Shown here: piece after piece, positions 24,080-35,449 of the stretch
How positions within the stretch are numbered: position 1 is the stretch's first letter
How the letters are laid out: each line of letters opens with the position of its first letter
Assembly (NCBI GenBank): GCA_030770535.1
Contig: JASVEC010000017.1
Location: 558,001 to 622,000 of the forward strand
Reading direction: 5' to 3'
Length of the DNA: 64,000 nucleotides
Source of the DNA: Batkoa obscura
Taxonomy: Eukaryota
Made by a program: the position numbers and the translations under genes
Notes under the pieces: generated by a model
Databases searched by the model: none
What the model was told of the DNA's origin: nothing
Seen by the model: only the letters and a program-made list of their open reading frames with translations

Positions 24080-24775
24080 TTATTTTGGTGGAGTAGAAAC
24101 ATTAGTATTTGGTATGACTGGAGTACTGACATTGGTATTAGGTATATTGGGTTGCTGTACATTAAAATTGGATGAAGCGCCAGTAACAGCATTACCGTTG
24201 GCAATACCTGCATTATTGGAAGTAACTGAAGAAAAAATTGGAGAAACAACCCCATTGGTTGAGGAATAGGAAGCAGATGTTGATACTGAACCATCAGGTT
24301 GTCTTACAAATTCAATACCTCCTGACATGGATCCGGCCATTCCTAGACCGTTGTTTAAAGAAGTACCTTGTGAGGAGTTAATTCCATAAGATGATTGGTT
24401 AGGTGAAGTTGAAGAAAATTGACCTCCAGAATTGAAATTACTTTGCCCACCTACAGTCCCAGAACTTCCAATGGTGTTACTACTGGTAGTTGTGCCTGAT
24501 CCGGTAGTGATAACACCATTATTGATTGTACCAAAACTACTGCTAATGGAGGTAGCAGGGCCACCAGCTAGGGGCGTGTTAAATGTACCTCCAGCAGAAA
24601 ATCCTGCATTACTTCCAGTCGCCCCACCGTATAAATTAACATTGTTTTGGACATTAGTTATAGCAGAATAATCCACTGGTGCTATATCTCGAATCAATAA
24701 ACGATAGGCTAATGGAATACTGTAGGATAAGCTAGACTGAAATCCTATGCAAAAAATTAAGAAGTTTAGGTTCAT
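24080..24775 (-). CDS. Gly/Ser-rich secreted protein, possibly related to 19980-20597
   Basis: Signal-like N-terminus, G/S/T/N-rich body, C-terminal duplicated IPNTNVSTP. Confidence 0.75.
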   Translation of the reverse strand: MNLNFLIFCIGFQSSLSYSIPLAYRLLIRDIAPVDYSAITNVQNNVNLYGGATGSNAGFSAGGTFNTPLAGGPATSISSSFGTINNGVITTGSGTTTSSNTIGSSGTVGGQSNFNSGGQFSSTSPNQSSYGINSSQGTSLNNGLGMAGSMSGGIEFVRQPDGSVSTSASYSSTNGVVSPIFSSVTSNNAGIANGNAVTGASSNFNVQQPNIPNTNVSTPVIPNTNVSTPPK

Positions 24776-26543
24776 ACTTTTAAAAAGATTAATGAAATAT
24801 ATAAAGACAAGAAAGAATTAATGGTATATTGAATTTAAATTTTATTTTTATTTCAAGGTTTAGGGTTTAGGGTTTAAATACTTCACACCAAATTTTAAAT
24901 CGTTTCTTTTTAAATTTTATTGGGAGGAGCATTTTTAGCTCAATTAGCCGCACCACTCAGCAAATTTTGACAAAACTGCCCAATTTTTATCACCCCGAAA
25001 CCCCCCTATTTAGTCATTTTTTAAGCTAAAAGGTTGGTAGCTAAAAATTTTCAAGTGAATAAAAATAAATTTAAAAAATTTTATTTTTTGATTTTGAAAC
25101 ATTATGGTTTAAAGCTAACTACTTTCCTGCCCCTTAATAGTATGATTTAATTCCCAAGATAATACATTTAATATGCAATAACTCTTTATAGGAACTGATT
25201 AAATACTGGAGTACATAAATCTATATGTACTATGATAACCGCAAGCAATCAGTAGGCTAGTTAAGTATTAGGTTTAAAAAACACATTATAATAAATAAAT
25301 TAAAGTGCCAAAAAGCTCTATAATAAAAGTTAAATTGGTCTGTAATTTTATCAGTAGATAAAAATAGGTTAAACAGCTATTAATAACCATAACTCCAGAT
25401 ATAAAAAGGTTATTTAAATTTTTTTATACAAAAACAAATTTTAATTGTTATGCTTCCTTTAAAGCATCATTATTGTATGTTAGCCTAGGCTAAAGCTTTC
25501 AGTGAGGTATTATTCTCACTTTAATTATCAATAGATTTATTATTGATTACCAATGCATTAAATAAGAGAACCCTGTTCTCAAAAAACTCATGTAGACACC
25601 AATGTATTTTAGATCAATTCTGAGCGTCTAAAAAAAAATCTCAAATAAAGCCAATTTCAAAATAGAACTATCACCACTCTTAGCTTACTTCTAATTTACG
25701 ATTTTGGCCTTTTATTTACACCATGTAAATTATAGATTATATTATTATGTATTAGCGAAACAAACTTTAAGCTGTAGTTAAAAATAATTGACAATATAAA
25801 AAACGTTTTTGAAAAGAAATTTTGATATTTGGCTTTGAGCTCAGTTTAGAATTCAGTAAGCCCACCTCCTCAAAATAATACCCTCTTTTTGACCAAAAAA
25901 TTTAAACTCAAATTACTACAAAATAACCTTCACTTGTTAAAATACAACCGTTCCATTTCTATTGCAACCTAATTAGTCGTATAATTAAGAATAAATCCCG
26001 CTAAAACCAGCATAATAAAGACCAAACAAGCAAATAACTGGCTCTAGAATGAAATACAAATTAAACCGAAATAGAGTTTCAACAGATGTAAGAGCTCCTT
26101 ATTTTCTATTTAGATGACTATTACTTTAAAAAATTCTGTCTCAATAAAATTTAAAAAACTCTACTACTACAACAGGCTAAGAAAACCAAGTGTTAAATAT
26201 TTTATATATAAATTCTATTAAAATCGTAGTTTCAGTGTAAAATGTATTTTTAAAATCTTTACCAAGAAGAACCTAATGAAATTTAATTAACTTCAGTTTG
26301 GAAGGGGATACTAAATATTTTAGTTATACCACCTGTCGTTCCAATCTTAATATTATAAAACAAAAAGGGTTGATTAAGCTTATCAGTTGTACATTTACTA
26401 CTTTGCAAACAAACTGGTTAATAAAGTTGAATTTTTAGTATTGAAATGACTAAAACTTTTAAATTTATAAACAATTACTTAAATATGAATTATGATTTTA
26501 TTATTAGAGTATATGAAAAATGAAAGTAATAATTTTGAGTCCC

Positions 26544-27329
26544 TTAAATACCTAAACCTAGACCAAGACCAAGGCCTAAACCGATACCTCCATTAGAAGT
26601 GGATGCACCAACACCAGTAGCACCATTGGAGCTTGCACCTACTCCAGTGACGCCAGAATTGTAGTCATTATCGTAATTATTATTGTAGTTATTATTATTA
26701 TTGTATCCGTGATCGTAATTACTATTATAATTGTTAGATCCTAATGCATAATTTGAGCCATATGCTTTATTATAATCGTACCCATATCCATTTTTATAAT
26801 CGTTGTTATAATTATTATTATAATTGTTGGAATATTCATTGTTATAGTTGTTAGAGTATCCAGTATTATAGTTATTACCAGAGTACCCAGTATTATAGTT
26901 ATTACCAGAATATCCATTATTGTAATTATTACCAGAATACCCAGTGTTGTAGTTGTTTCCAGAATACCCAGTATTATAGCTATTATCAGAGTATCCATTG
27001 TTGTAGTTATCGCCAGAATAGCCAGTATTATAATTATTATTATTATTGTTGTTGGAATAGTCATTATTATTGTTGTTGTTGGAATAGCCATTATTGTTAT
27101 TGTTATTGTTATTGTTATTATAGCTAGTATTATAACTATCACCATAAGCATTACTATTGTTATTCGAGTAATTATTTATCTTACCAGTATTGTAAGTATC
27201 AGAATAATCAATAGTTTCATAGGAAGGAGTAGTTACAGCATATTCGTCATTAGGGGTAGGAGTAGGAATGGAAATAACAGAAGAGATTAAAGAGGAGACT
27301 ATGATGCTAATTACGGTAGTAGATTTCAT
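26544..27329 (-). CDS. Secreted Asn/Tyr/Gly-rich repeat protein (copy A)
   Basis: Signal peptide; tandem 9-aa GYSGNNYN(T/N) units; GLGLGLGLGI C-terminus. Confidence 0.85.
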   Translation of the reverse strand: MKSTTVISIIVSSLISSVISIPTPTPNDEYAVTTPSYETIDYSDTYNTGKINNYSNNNSNAYGDSYNTSYNNNNNNNNNNGYSNNNNNNDYSNNNNNNNYNTGYSGDNYNNGYSDNSYNTGYSGNNYNTGYSGNNYNNGYSGNNYNTGYSGNNYNTGYSNNYNNEYSNNYNNNYNNDYKNGYGYDYNKAYGSNYALGSNNYNSNYDHGYNNNNNYNNNYDNDYNSGVTGVGASSNGATGVGASTSNGGIGLGLGLGLGLGI

Positions 27330-28003
27330 TTTTAATTGTTAAATTTAATATTTTGATTATATTTTGATTATATTTTAATTTATTTATTTTTAATTTAATC
27401 ACTTAATTTATATTTTATTCCATTTTTACACTCCACTTGAAAAAATGAGTTTATTTCTTCAATCTCGAGCTAAATTTTAGTAAAAAAAAACGTTGTAAAA
27501 TTAACTCATTTTCAACTTCATATTCTCCAATATTCATAATAAAATAGCATTTTGATTTTAGTTTTATTACTATTATTTTATAATTAATATATTTTATTTT
27601 TATTTGAGTATACTAAAGTTTAGTCTATCTTTAATTCTTTTTTTAGAAACTAACAACACTAGTTTTTAAATTTACCCCATTTAATTAATTATTTAATTGA
27701 AAAAATAATCAAAAAGGAATACAAACATAAAAGTATGATTTATGCTAATATGTAAGCTATGAAATGTTATTGCAAATTTAAGGTGAACGTGGTTTATTTG
27801 AGTAGCGTTGTGAATATGGCTAATGATGTTTTATGTTTTAGCCTTTATGGTTAATATTTTACTACACGAAGAAACCTTATATCAAAGGTACTTTTGTTTT
27901 TATTTTAATAAAAATGATAATAGTTATTAGAGAATCAATAAAGTTATTTTTCAATACCTTATTTTCATTATCAACTTTATAGATGGTGAGAAAAATAGAA
28001 TTT

Positions 28004-28101
28004 GGGGATGTATTTTTCTGATTAAGAATTTTACCAAGAATGTTTCCACTCAAATAGCGCTTAAAAAAAGGAAAAAATAATGAAACCAAAAAAAAGATCC
28101 T
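28004..28101 (+). mobile_element. ~100-bp MITE-like element (duplicated at ~39904-40001)
   Basis: GGGGATGTATTTTT...AAAAAGATCCT, with ATTT on both flanks. Confidence 0.75.
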
Positions 28102-28119
28102 ATTTAAAAAGTAGGAAAA

Positions 28120-28192
28120 TGGAGAACCCGGGCATCGATCCCGGTGCCTCTCGCATGCTAAGCGAGCGCTCTACCATCTGAGCTAGTTCCCC
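28120..28192 (-). tRNA. tRNA-Ala(AGC)
   Basis: GGGGAAC/GTTCTCC acceptor stem with G3:U70; CTCGC-TT-AGC-AT-GCGAG anticodon arm. Confidence 0.97.
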
Positions 28193-28807
28193 TTTCGTCC
28201 AACTTAAAATATTTTTTAGTAAAAAATATTTAGCTGTTTTTTTTACTCTCTAGCTTTAAGACAAGACCTTGGCATTTATTATTGAAAGAAAACGAAAATC
28301 TATAAAAGCGTATATTAAAAAAAAAAGATATTAATAAAATTTATTTACAAATATATGGGGATATATTGATGAACGAGGATTTTAATTTTACTACGATGGT
28401 TATTTAATAATAGTAGTTAATTTTAAAATGCATCTATTTAATGATCAATGTTTGATTTAGGTGATTTTCAATATAAAACTACGTATTTTGGATTCTTATT
28501 CAAGGATATGTTTAAATAAATTATACATAAAAATTTTAGGATTTTAATTTTTATAGCTTTTTTTTGTAGATTGAAACTTAAAATCGAAATAAATTAGTAT
28601 TATTATATGTACTATCGTTAAAAATCATTACTCTAATTTTATAAGTTATTTAAAACAAATTTAGTTTTTATATCTTATTTATTATAGTAATAGTATTAAA
28701 TGTCTTAATGAATCTATTTAATGAAACTTTAGTCTTGTGAAATAAAATTGAAATTACAAATTGGCAAAATAAATTTCTAAATTTGGACTTAACACTGGAA
28801 ATAAGAT

Positions 28808-28822
28808 CGAAATTTCTAGATA
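28808..28822 (+). promoter_or_regulatory. Heat-shock-element-like site upstream of Hsp20 (repeated at 34478-34492)
   Basis: cGAAatTTCtaGATa matches nGAAnnTTCnnGAAn with one mismatch, about 150 bp before the ATG. Confidence 0.55.
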
Positions 28823-28962
28823 ATTACTTCAAAATTTAGATAAATATACTAAAATCCAGCAAAGTTAATAATAATTTTAAAAAGAATATAAAACCAAAAG
28901 ATAAAAATAAAGATAAAATTTAAATTAAATAATAAACTGAATATCAAATCAAATACTAAACA

Positions 28963-29586
28963 ATGTTTACAACTTTAAATAACAACCCATTTACTTATTA
29001 CCCTAAAGAATTACATCCTTTTGTATTTACTCAAGATCATTACACTCCCTTTAATTGTCACAAGAATGATACAATGCCAACTACCCCTCAAGTAAACAAC
29101 ACTGAAAAACAATCCGTAAATGCTAATAATAAAACTCCACTCGCTAATGCTACTAAATCTCAAGAGGATGGATGGCCATACGTTGATATAACAGAATACC
29201 CTAATTGTTATACTATAGAAGCTGAATTACCTGGATTTAAAAAAGAAGATATTGACATTTCATTTGATAATATCGATAACATAATTACTTTAAAAGGAGA
29301 ATATATCTATCGACCAAAAAAGCATGAAAATATTGTTATAGTAGAAGAAGCAGATGAAGCTAATGAGGATGACAATGCTTCTGTAAGTACATCAAGTGTT
29401 ACTGAGGATGGAAAACATTTACTTGTAGAAAGAAGGTCAAAGAAAAATTTCAAGAGAAGCTTCAAAGTTAAACAAGATATTTTAGCTGAAGAGATCCAAG
29501 CAGATTTAACTGATGGAGTATTGAATTTAATAATTCCAAAGCGTTTCAAGAAAAAAGATAAGAAAATAAGGATATCTATTCAATAA
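28963..29586 (+). CDS. Small heat-shock protein (Hsp20/alpha-crystallin), copy 1
   Basis: PYVDITE..YTIEAELPGFKKEDIDI, ERR..FKRSF, I.ADLTDGVLNLIIPK and a C-terminal IxI motif. Confidence 0.95.
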   Translation: MFTTLNNNPFTYYPKELHPFVFTQDHYTPFNCHKNDTMPTTPQVNNTEKQSVNANNKTPLANATKSQEDGWPYVDITEYPNCYTIEAELPGFKKEDIDISFDNIDNIITLKGEYIYRPKKHENIVIVEEADEANEDDNASVSTSSVTEDGKHLLVERRSKKNFKRSFKVKQDILAEEIQADLTDGVLNLIIPKRFKKKDKKIRISIQ

Positions 29587-30161
29587 GTTTTTTTCTAATT
29601 GTTATCTCTAATGTAAATTGTTATTGTTATTGTTATAAATAAAAAAAATAATTTTAGTAGTTTTGATTTTAATGATTTTTTGAATTTATTTAAGGGAAAA
29701 TCTAAACGTAGTTACCATCACTTTATACTTATAGTAAATTAGCCAATCAAAGGGCAAAAAATTCAGAATTCAGTAGTTCTGATTTGTTTTATTTTAATAA
29801 ATAGAAAGGCCTATGGCATAAATAATAGCCTATAACTTCATTTAAACTAACTCTTATTTTTTTAATTGATTTAATAAAAATTTATAAATTATTTCAACTT
29901 TTCTATTAAATTTTAAACAGCTTTTAATTAATTATTTAAAATAAGATAAAAAATTTAATAAATTACAATAACAAAATAGATTATTAATAATTATATGATA
30001 TATTAATTTGTTAATCAAACTTACTTTTTTAAAATATTATAAAAAGTAATTATTATAGATAAGATTTTTTAATAGTTATGTTTGTTTAAAAATATTATTT
30101 AAACACACTTATCTAGGTTTTATTATTATATAAAATGTTCACAGGCTCTAAAAATTTAATA

Positions 30162-30234
30162 TGGAGAACCCGGGCATCGATCCCGGTGCCTCTCGCATGC
30201 TAAGCGAGCGCTCTACCATCTGAGCTAGTTCCCC
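30162..30234 (-). tRNA. tRNA-Ala(AGC)
   Basis: Same sequence as 28120-28192 with different flanks. Confidence 0.97.
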
Positions 30235-30502
30235 AATTGAACTGTTAACTTCTATGAGGAGATTGCTAATTATAATAGATTTTCTAAATTATAGTAAATG
30301 TAACTGGAATTAAAATTATACTCAATTATTCTCTATATTAACTTTTAAATACATTTGATTGTTATGCATACAAGTTGTTTGTTTTAAATGACGTTTTGTT
30401 TGTTAACAATATTATATAGTAACTTTATATTCTATTAAATAAAAGCACAAATCTAAATTAACTTTAAATAATTTTATTGTTGGATGCATAATTAAAAATA
30501 CT

Positions 30503-31493
30503 CTAAAATTTCCTTCTCTTCATGTTTGTTTCCTCCATAATAATACTTTCTAGTTGTGATTTTGGTTTATTACTAGTAATAGTAGAACTGCTATTACTAT
30601 TAGATTGATATTCTTTACTTTCTTTAATTAGAGAGTTTAAAGATTTAACTTTAATGGTTTCTTTCTTTTTGAATGCATTAAATCCAACTCTCTTATCTTC
30701 TTTTTTAACAACTAATTTCAGTTTTATCGGTTCTTCAGTATTTTCGACTTTTAATTCTTGATCTTCCTATTATTAACTATTAATATTTACTATTTTAATC
30801 AAAATATCTTTTACTTTTTTAACCTCTTGATTCTCTACTTCTTTTTCTTTATCCTCTTCTTTAGCTCGCTCAATTTGTTCTTTTAATAATTTTCTTTGTC
30901 TTTCTTCAAATGACATTTCGCTTCTTTCCTTTTTTAATATAGCTGCTTTTCTAGCTAATGCTTCTGGCGAATTATCAATCCATGTTATAAACCAGCCCTT
31001 TTCTGTATCTTCAACATGGCAATGACCTTCTCTACCTAAATAAGTAACAAACTCGGTTAAAGTACCCCATTTGGTGGCATTCATATGTAAATGATTTCTA
31101 TCCGCAATTAATTCTTGATAAACTTTATTGGCATGAACCCTTTTAGTTCCATGGGACCTTGATAATTGCCTTAAATAACCAGCTTTAAATTCTCTTGAAA
31201 ACTTTTCAAGCATTCTATTAGGATTGTCCCTAAACAACAGCATTTGTCTTTGATGTGATTCTGAAGCACAATGACACTATAAACTAAGGTTAAATGAAAA
31301 ACAGACTATCTATTTCGGTTACCTTAAATCCATTTTCATCTCGACACTGTTTTTCGCACATTTGACAATACCATCTTAATTTTTGAAGACCTTTAGCCTA
31401 TTCGAATTAATACTAATATTAATAACTTTTGATATAATTTACCTTCATTCGATTAGCTATATCTTTTGGAGTACCGAATTCTGCTTTACCCAT
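30503..31493 (-). CDS. KIN17: KIN17/Rts2 DNA/RNA-binding protein; exons 31493-31443, 31397-31323, 31276-30824, 30766-30503
   Basis: Spliced MGKAEFGTPKDIANRMK|AKGLQKLRWYCQMCEKQCRDENGFK|CHCASESHQRQM; ANKVYQE, HMNATKW, GWFITWID. Confidence 0.93.
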
Positions 31494-31823
31494 TTTGCGA
31501 TTTTATTGAAATAAGGTTTATAACGATTTTATTGTTAAAGAAATAAAAATAAAAATAATAAAATTAAATTTAAAGGTTAAGCAAATGCATAAGTTTAGCA
31601 AGCAGCCAATCATATTTTTTAATAATTTTATTAAATGTAAAAATAAGAGATTATATAGATTAACTATCTTTGTATCTTAGTGGGTCTATAGGTTTTCCTA
31701 CTATTAAATGATTTTTTCTATGCTTATTTAAAAACGGGATTATAAAAATGATATAAATATTTACTAAATTCTCAGTTGCTGTAGCCAAATCTGTAACTTT
31801 AGACTAATCAATAAATAAACACA

Positions 31824-32675
31824 TTAATTAAGATACATTAAATAAAAGATGCTTACTACGCTGTCTCTACTCTTGATTGGTGATATCAAAATAGGCTTGT
31901 TCATTATTCTTCTGGGTTGCAGAAGTTGATTTCTAAAGTTGTCTTAATTTAATTTGGATAATATATATATTAATACCTTTTTTCTTTACGAAATTTGTCA
32001 AAAATTGTCATTTCACCTTTGTTTACTGTTAATTGTAATGTAATGTAAATACTGAGGTTCCTTACTCTTATTGTTATGTATTGGTCCTAAATCTGGTTTT
32101 ATTCTCATCCTTATATTAGCTAATTTTTCTTTTTTAGCCTTTTCTTCTTCTTTTGCTTGTTCAAATATTTTTTTCATCTCAATACCGCGTCTTTTTTCTT
32201 CGTTTAATAAGTCCTATTATAGCAAATGTTAAATAAAGAACAAACGGCTAAATTGTTATTACAAAATATAGTTTTTTATAGCCTAATTTTGGGGCACCAT
32301 CTAATTTGTCAATGTATCTGGCTTTGGTAAAACAAAATTTTTTCCATAATACTAAACTAATATTAAATATTTTCATACTAATAAAAATTAATATCGAGTA
32401 CTGTTATTTCTTTTTTTAAAGCTCTAAATCAATAAATATTAGTAGTAACTGCTATCATTATAAAATTTACTTGGTTTTTTTCTTCAAATTTTGCTAACAT
32501 TTCTGGTCCCATTTTACATAATACAGGTAATAATAATTTATACGGTATTCCTTCCACATCCTCAATGCCTAACAAATTCGTTTATTAACCTTATTTTTTT
32601 CCATTTGATTTATTTACAATCTCCATATTTCAATAAACATTCCATGCTTAACTCCTTCAAGCTTTTTAGCTCCAT
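31824..32675 (-). CDS. Elongin A (Ela1)-like protein, multi-exon, not in the ORF track; 3' end approximate
   Basis: Hand-spliced MELKSLKELSMECLLKYGDCIEDVEGIPYKLLLPVLCKMGPEMLAKFEEKNQ...LWKKFC...YKKLYF fits the BC-box/Elongin A domain pattern. Confidence 0.75.
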
Positions 32676-33626
32676 TTTTATCTAAGTGATACTGCTACTA
32701 GTGGTAATATAATTGCAATAATAATTCAATAGTATTATAAATAATAAGACTAAATATTCGAAATATATAAATCGATCTGAGTTTTTATTGATTTAAAAAA
32801 CCAAATTTGAGAATGTGACAATTTCTTACAGAATGTTTATTAAGTACCAAAAAAAAACAATTTTGCCCAAAATGTGTTTAGCTGATACCCATTAAAACAG
32901 CTTGCAGTTAGGTACCTTTTATATTTTTTGATTTGAAGGCGATTTTTTTATAAATTTAAGGGTTACATCCTCTTTAAAATTTTAATTTCGTATTATAATA
33001 ATTTGACTCCAAATTAAAAACAACGAAAGACATCTAACTGTAAGCTGTTCTATAAACAAAGTTGCTATTTTTGAATATGATTATTGTAAGTTTATTTTAT
33101 TAAAACAAAAAGAGCAAATAAATGATAATAATATCTTAAAAGTAATATAAACTCAATTTGATTTATTTGTAAAGTTTTAGAGTAGCAAATGTAACAAAAA
33201 TGATAATTTCAAAAGTGTTGACTCAATTACATTAATAAAAATAGAAATGAAGGAGAATTCCGTTGAAGTGATTTAATAAGTAAAAAAATAAAAACAATAG
33301 AGGCTTTCTTTTTGTCTCTTTCAAATTAGTCTACTTTTAATTCTTAACTGTTAAAAAGTGATGAAAGTGAATTAGTCTTTATTTTTTGTTAGTGATTGAG
33401 AAATAAAATTGTGTTTTTTGAGCTTTATTTTTACTAAAAAAACAATAGCCAATAAAACTTTATTTGCCAAAAAATTTTGATTAAAAATATTAGAAAAGGA
33501 AATAAGTAAAACTCAGTGAGCAAATGAGTAAAGTTTTAAAAAATAAATGTATGCTATTTGTATTAATATTAGCATAGTATATAGTATATAAGAAATAGAA
33601 TTAGAAAAGAAGTAAAATTAAGCATA

Positions 33627-34175
33627 ATGTTTAGTTCATTTATCAAAGTCTATACTTTGTTTTTTATCTTTTTAAGCATATTAATAGCAGACAGCAATAT
33701 CATTAATAATGTCAATGAATTGAATGACTTAGCAAATAACGAAGCTATGTGCAATAAAGTAGTAGATATAATCAATGAAATAAGAGAAAAGAGAGGATTA
33801 AACAAAATAAAAAAGTCGAGAAAATTAACAAAAACAGCAGAAGAGCATGCTAAAGACTTAAAGAAAAACCAGAATAATCCAAATTTAAAACTACATAGTT
33901 GGTATAATTTACATCCATGCAATTTTGATGGCAACTTTAATTGTATGTGGGAAAAACCACGTCAAGTTGCTAATTACCCATCCAATGGTTATGAAATTAG
34001 TTTTAGTGGTTTAAATGACGCTAATTCTATTGTTCAAACTTGGTTAAACTCTCCTCCACATGCTAGTGTTATCCTTAACCAAAATTCTTTTTCAGGAGCT
34101 AAATGGAACGCTATTGGCTCTGCATCCGTTTCTCCTTTTACTGTTGTTTGGTTTGGCACGGAGCCCGATGATTAG
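33627..34175 (+). CDS. Secreted CAP/SCP-domain protein of a bacterial-type subfamily
   Basis: Signal peptide; INEIR..GL..I..S..LT.TA..HA.DL, LHSW, CMWEKPR, NGYEI, W.NSPPH..VILN, WNAIG, WFG.E.D. Confidence 0.88.
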   Translation: MFSSFIKVYTLFFIFLSILIADSNIINNVNELNDLANNEAMCNKVVDIINEIREKRGLNKIKKSRKLTKTAEEHAKDLKKNQNNPNLKLHSWYNLHPCNFDGNFNCMWEKPRQVANYPSNGYEISFSGLNDANSIVQTWLNSPPHASVILNQNSFSGAKWNAIGSASVSPFTVVWFGTEPDD

Positions 34176-34632
34176 CGTTTATTTACCATTACTATGCCAT
34201 TAGTATCATTAGTACCATTACCACCATCAGTATTGTTTTTAGAGCAACATAGATTAAACTTTCATTTTTGTACATCCCTTTCACATTTTACTATTTTTCA
34301 ATAAAAATTAATAACATAAATATCATACTATTAGTACAAGTAATACTTTTAATATTAACAATCTAATGTTTTTGAGTTCAACTAACTTAAATAAAACTTT
34401 AGTCTTGTGAAATAAAATTGAAATTACAAATTGGCAAAATAAATTTCTAAATTTGGACTTAACACTGGAAATAAGATCGAAATTTCTAGATAATTACTTC
34501 AAAATTTAGATAAATATACTAAAATCCAGCAAAGTTAATAATAATTTTAAAAAGAATATAAAACCAAAAGATAAAAATAAAGATAAAATTTAAATTAAAT
34601 AATAAACTGAATATCAAATCAAATACTAAACA

Positions 34633-35256
34633 ATGTTTACAACTTTAAATAACAACCCATTTACTTATTACCCTAAAGAATTACATCCTTTTGTATTTAC
34701 TCAAGATCATTACACTCCCTTTAATTGTCACAAGAATGATACAATGCCAACTACCCCTCAAGTAAACAACACTGAAAAACAATCCGTAAATGCTAATAAT
34801 AAAACTCCACTCGCTAATGCTACTAAATCTCAAGAGGATGGATGGCCATACGTTGATATAACAGAATACCCTAATTGTTATACTATAGAAGCTGAATTAC
34901 CTGGATTTAAAAAAGAAGATATTGACATTTCATTTGATAATATCGATAACATAATTACTTTAAAAGGAGAATATATCTATCGACCAAAAAAGCATGAAAA
35001 TATTGTTATAGTAGAAGAAGCAGATGAAGCTAATGAGGATGACAATGCTTCTGTAAGTACATCAAGTGTTACTGAGGATGGAAAACATTTACTTGTAGAA
35101 AGAAGGTCAAAGAAAAATTTCAAGAGAAGCTTCAAAGTTAAACAAGATATTTTAGCTGAAGAGATCCAAGCAGATTTAACTGATGGAGTATTGAATTTAA
35201 TAATTCCAAAGCGTTTCAAGAAAAAAGATAAGAAAATAAGGATATCTATTCAATAA
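34633..35256 (+). CDS. Small heat-shock protein, copy 2 (identical to copy 1)
   Basis: Identical protein; DNA matches 28724-29619 at offset +5670. Confidence 0.95.
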   Translation: MFTTLNNNPFTYYPKELHPFVFTQDHYTPFNCHKNDTMPTTPQVNNTEKQSVNANNKTPLANATKSQEDGWPYVDITEYPNCYTIEAELPGFKKEDIDISFDNIDNIITLKGEYIYRPKKHENIVIVEEADEANEDDNASVSTSSVTEDGKHLLVERRSKKNFKRSFKVKQDILAEEIQADLTDGVLNLIIPKRFKKKDKKIRISIQ

Positions 35257-35449
35257 GTTTTTTTCTAATTGTTATCTCTAATGTAAATTATTATTGTTTT
35301 AAATAAAAAATTAAAAGTTATTTTTAATTTTCTTATTAGATTTAATTATTTTCAATTGTTTTATTATTTAATTCCATACTAACGTAGCATGTTAAAAACT
35401 TTGATGTTAGTGAAAACTAGTATAAAAGTTATTGTTTGTCAATAATAGT

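Larger units (their letters stand above)
26479..28192 (-). repeat. Left arm of a 1714-bp near-identical inverted duplication (mate 39813-41526)
   Basis: Paired coordinates sum to 68005 at both ends and at the ORF ends; contains the N/Y-rich gene, a MITE and tRNA-Ala. Confidence 0.95.

Noticed and set aside
24857..24875. GGTTTAGGGTTTAGGGTTT telomere-like motif
   Set aside because: Only two full TTTAGGG units; too short to call an interstitial telomere.
26860..27030. Regularly spaced 27-nt repeats resembling a CRISPR array
   Set aside because: They are in-frame coding repeats without unique spacers in a eukaryotic gene; no cas genes are present.
26741..27151. Ile/Thr-rich 136-aa ORFs (also 40854-41264) resembling membrane proteins
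   Set aside because: Alternate-frame shadow of the AAT/AAC-rich Asn repeat gene.
27877..28089. 70-aa ORF present twice (also 39916-40128)
   Set aside because: Starts inside a MITE, has no true ATG, and is repeated only because of the inverted duplication.
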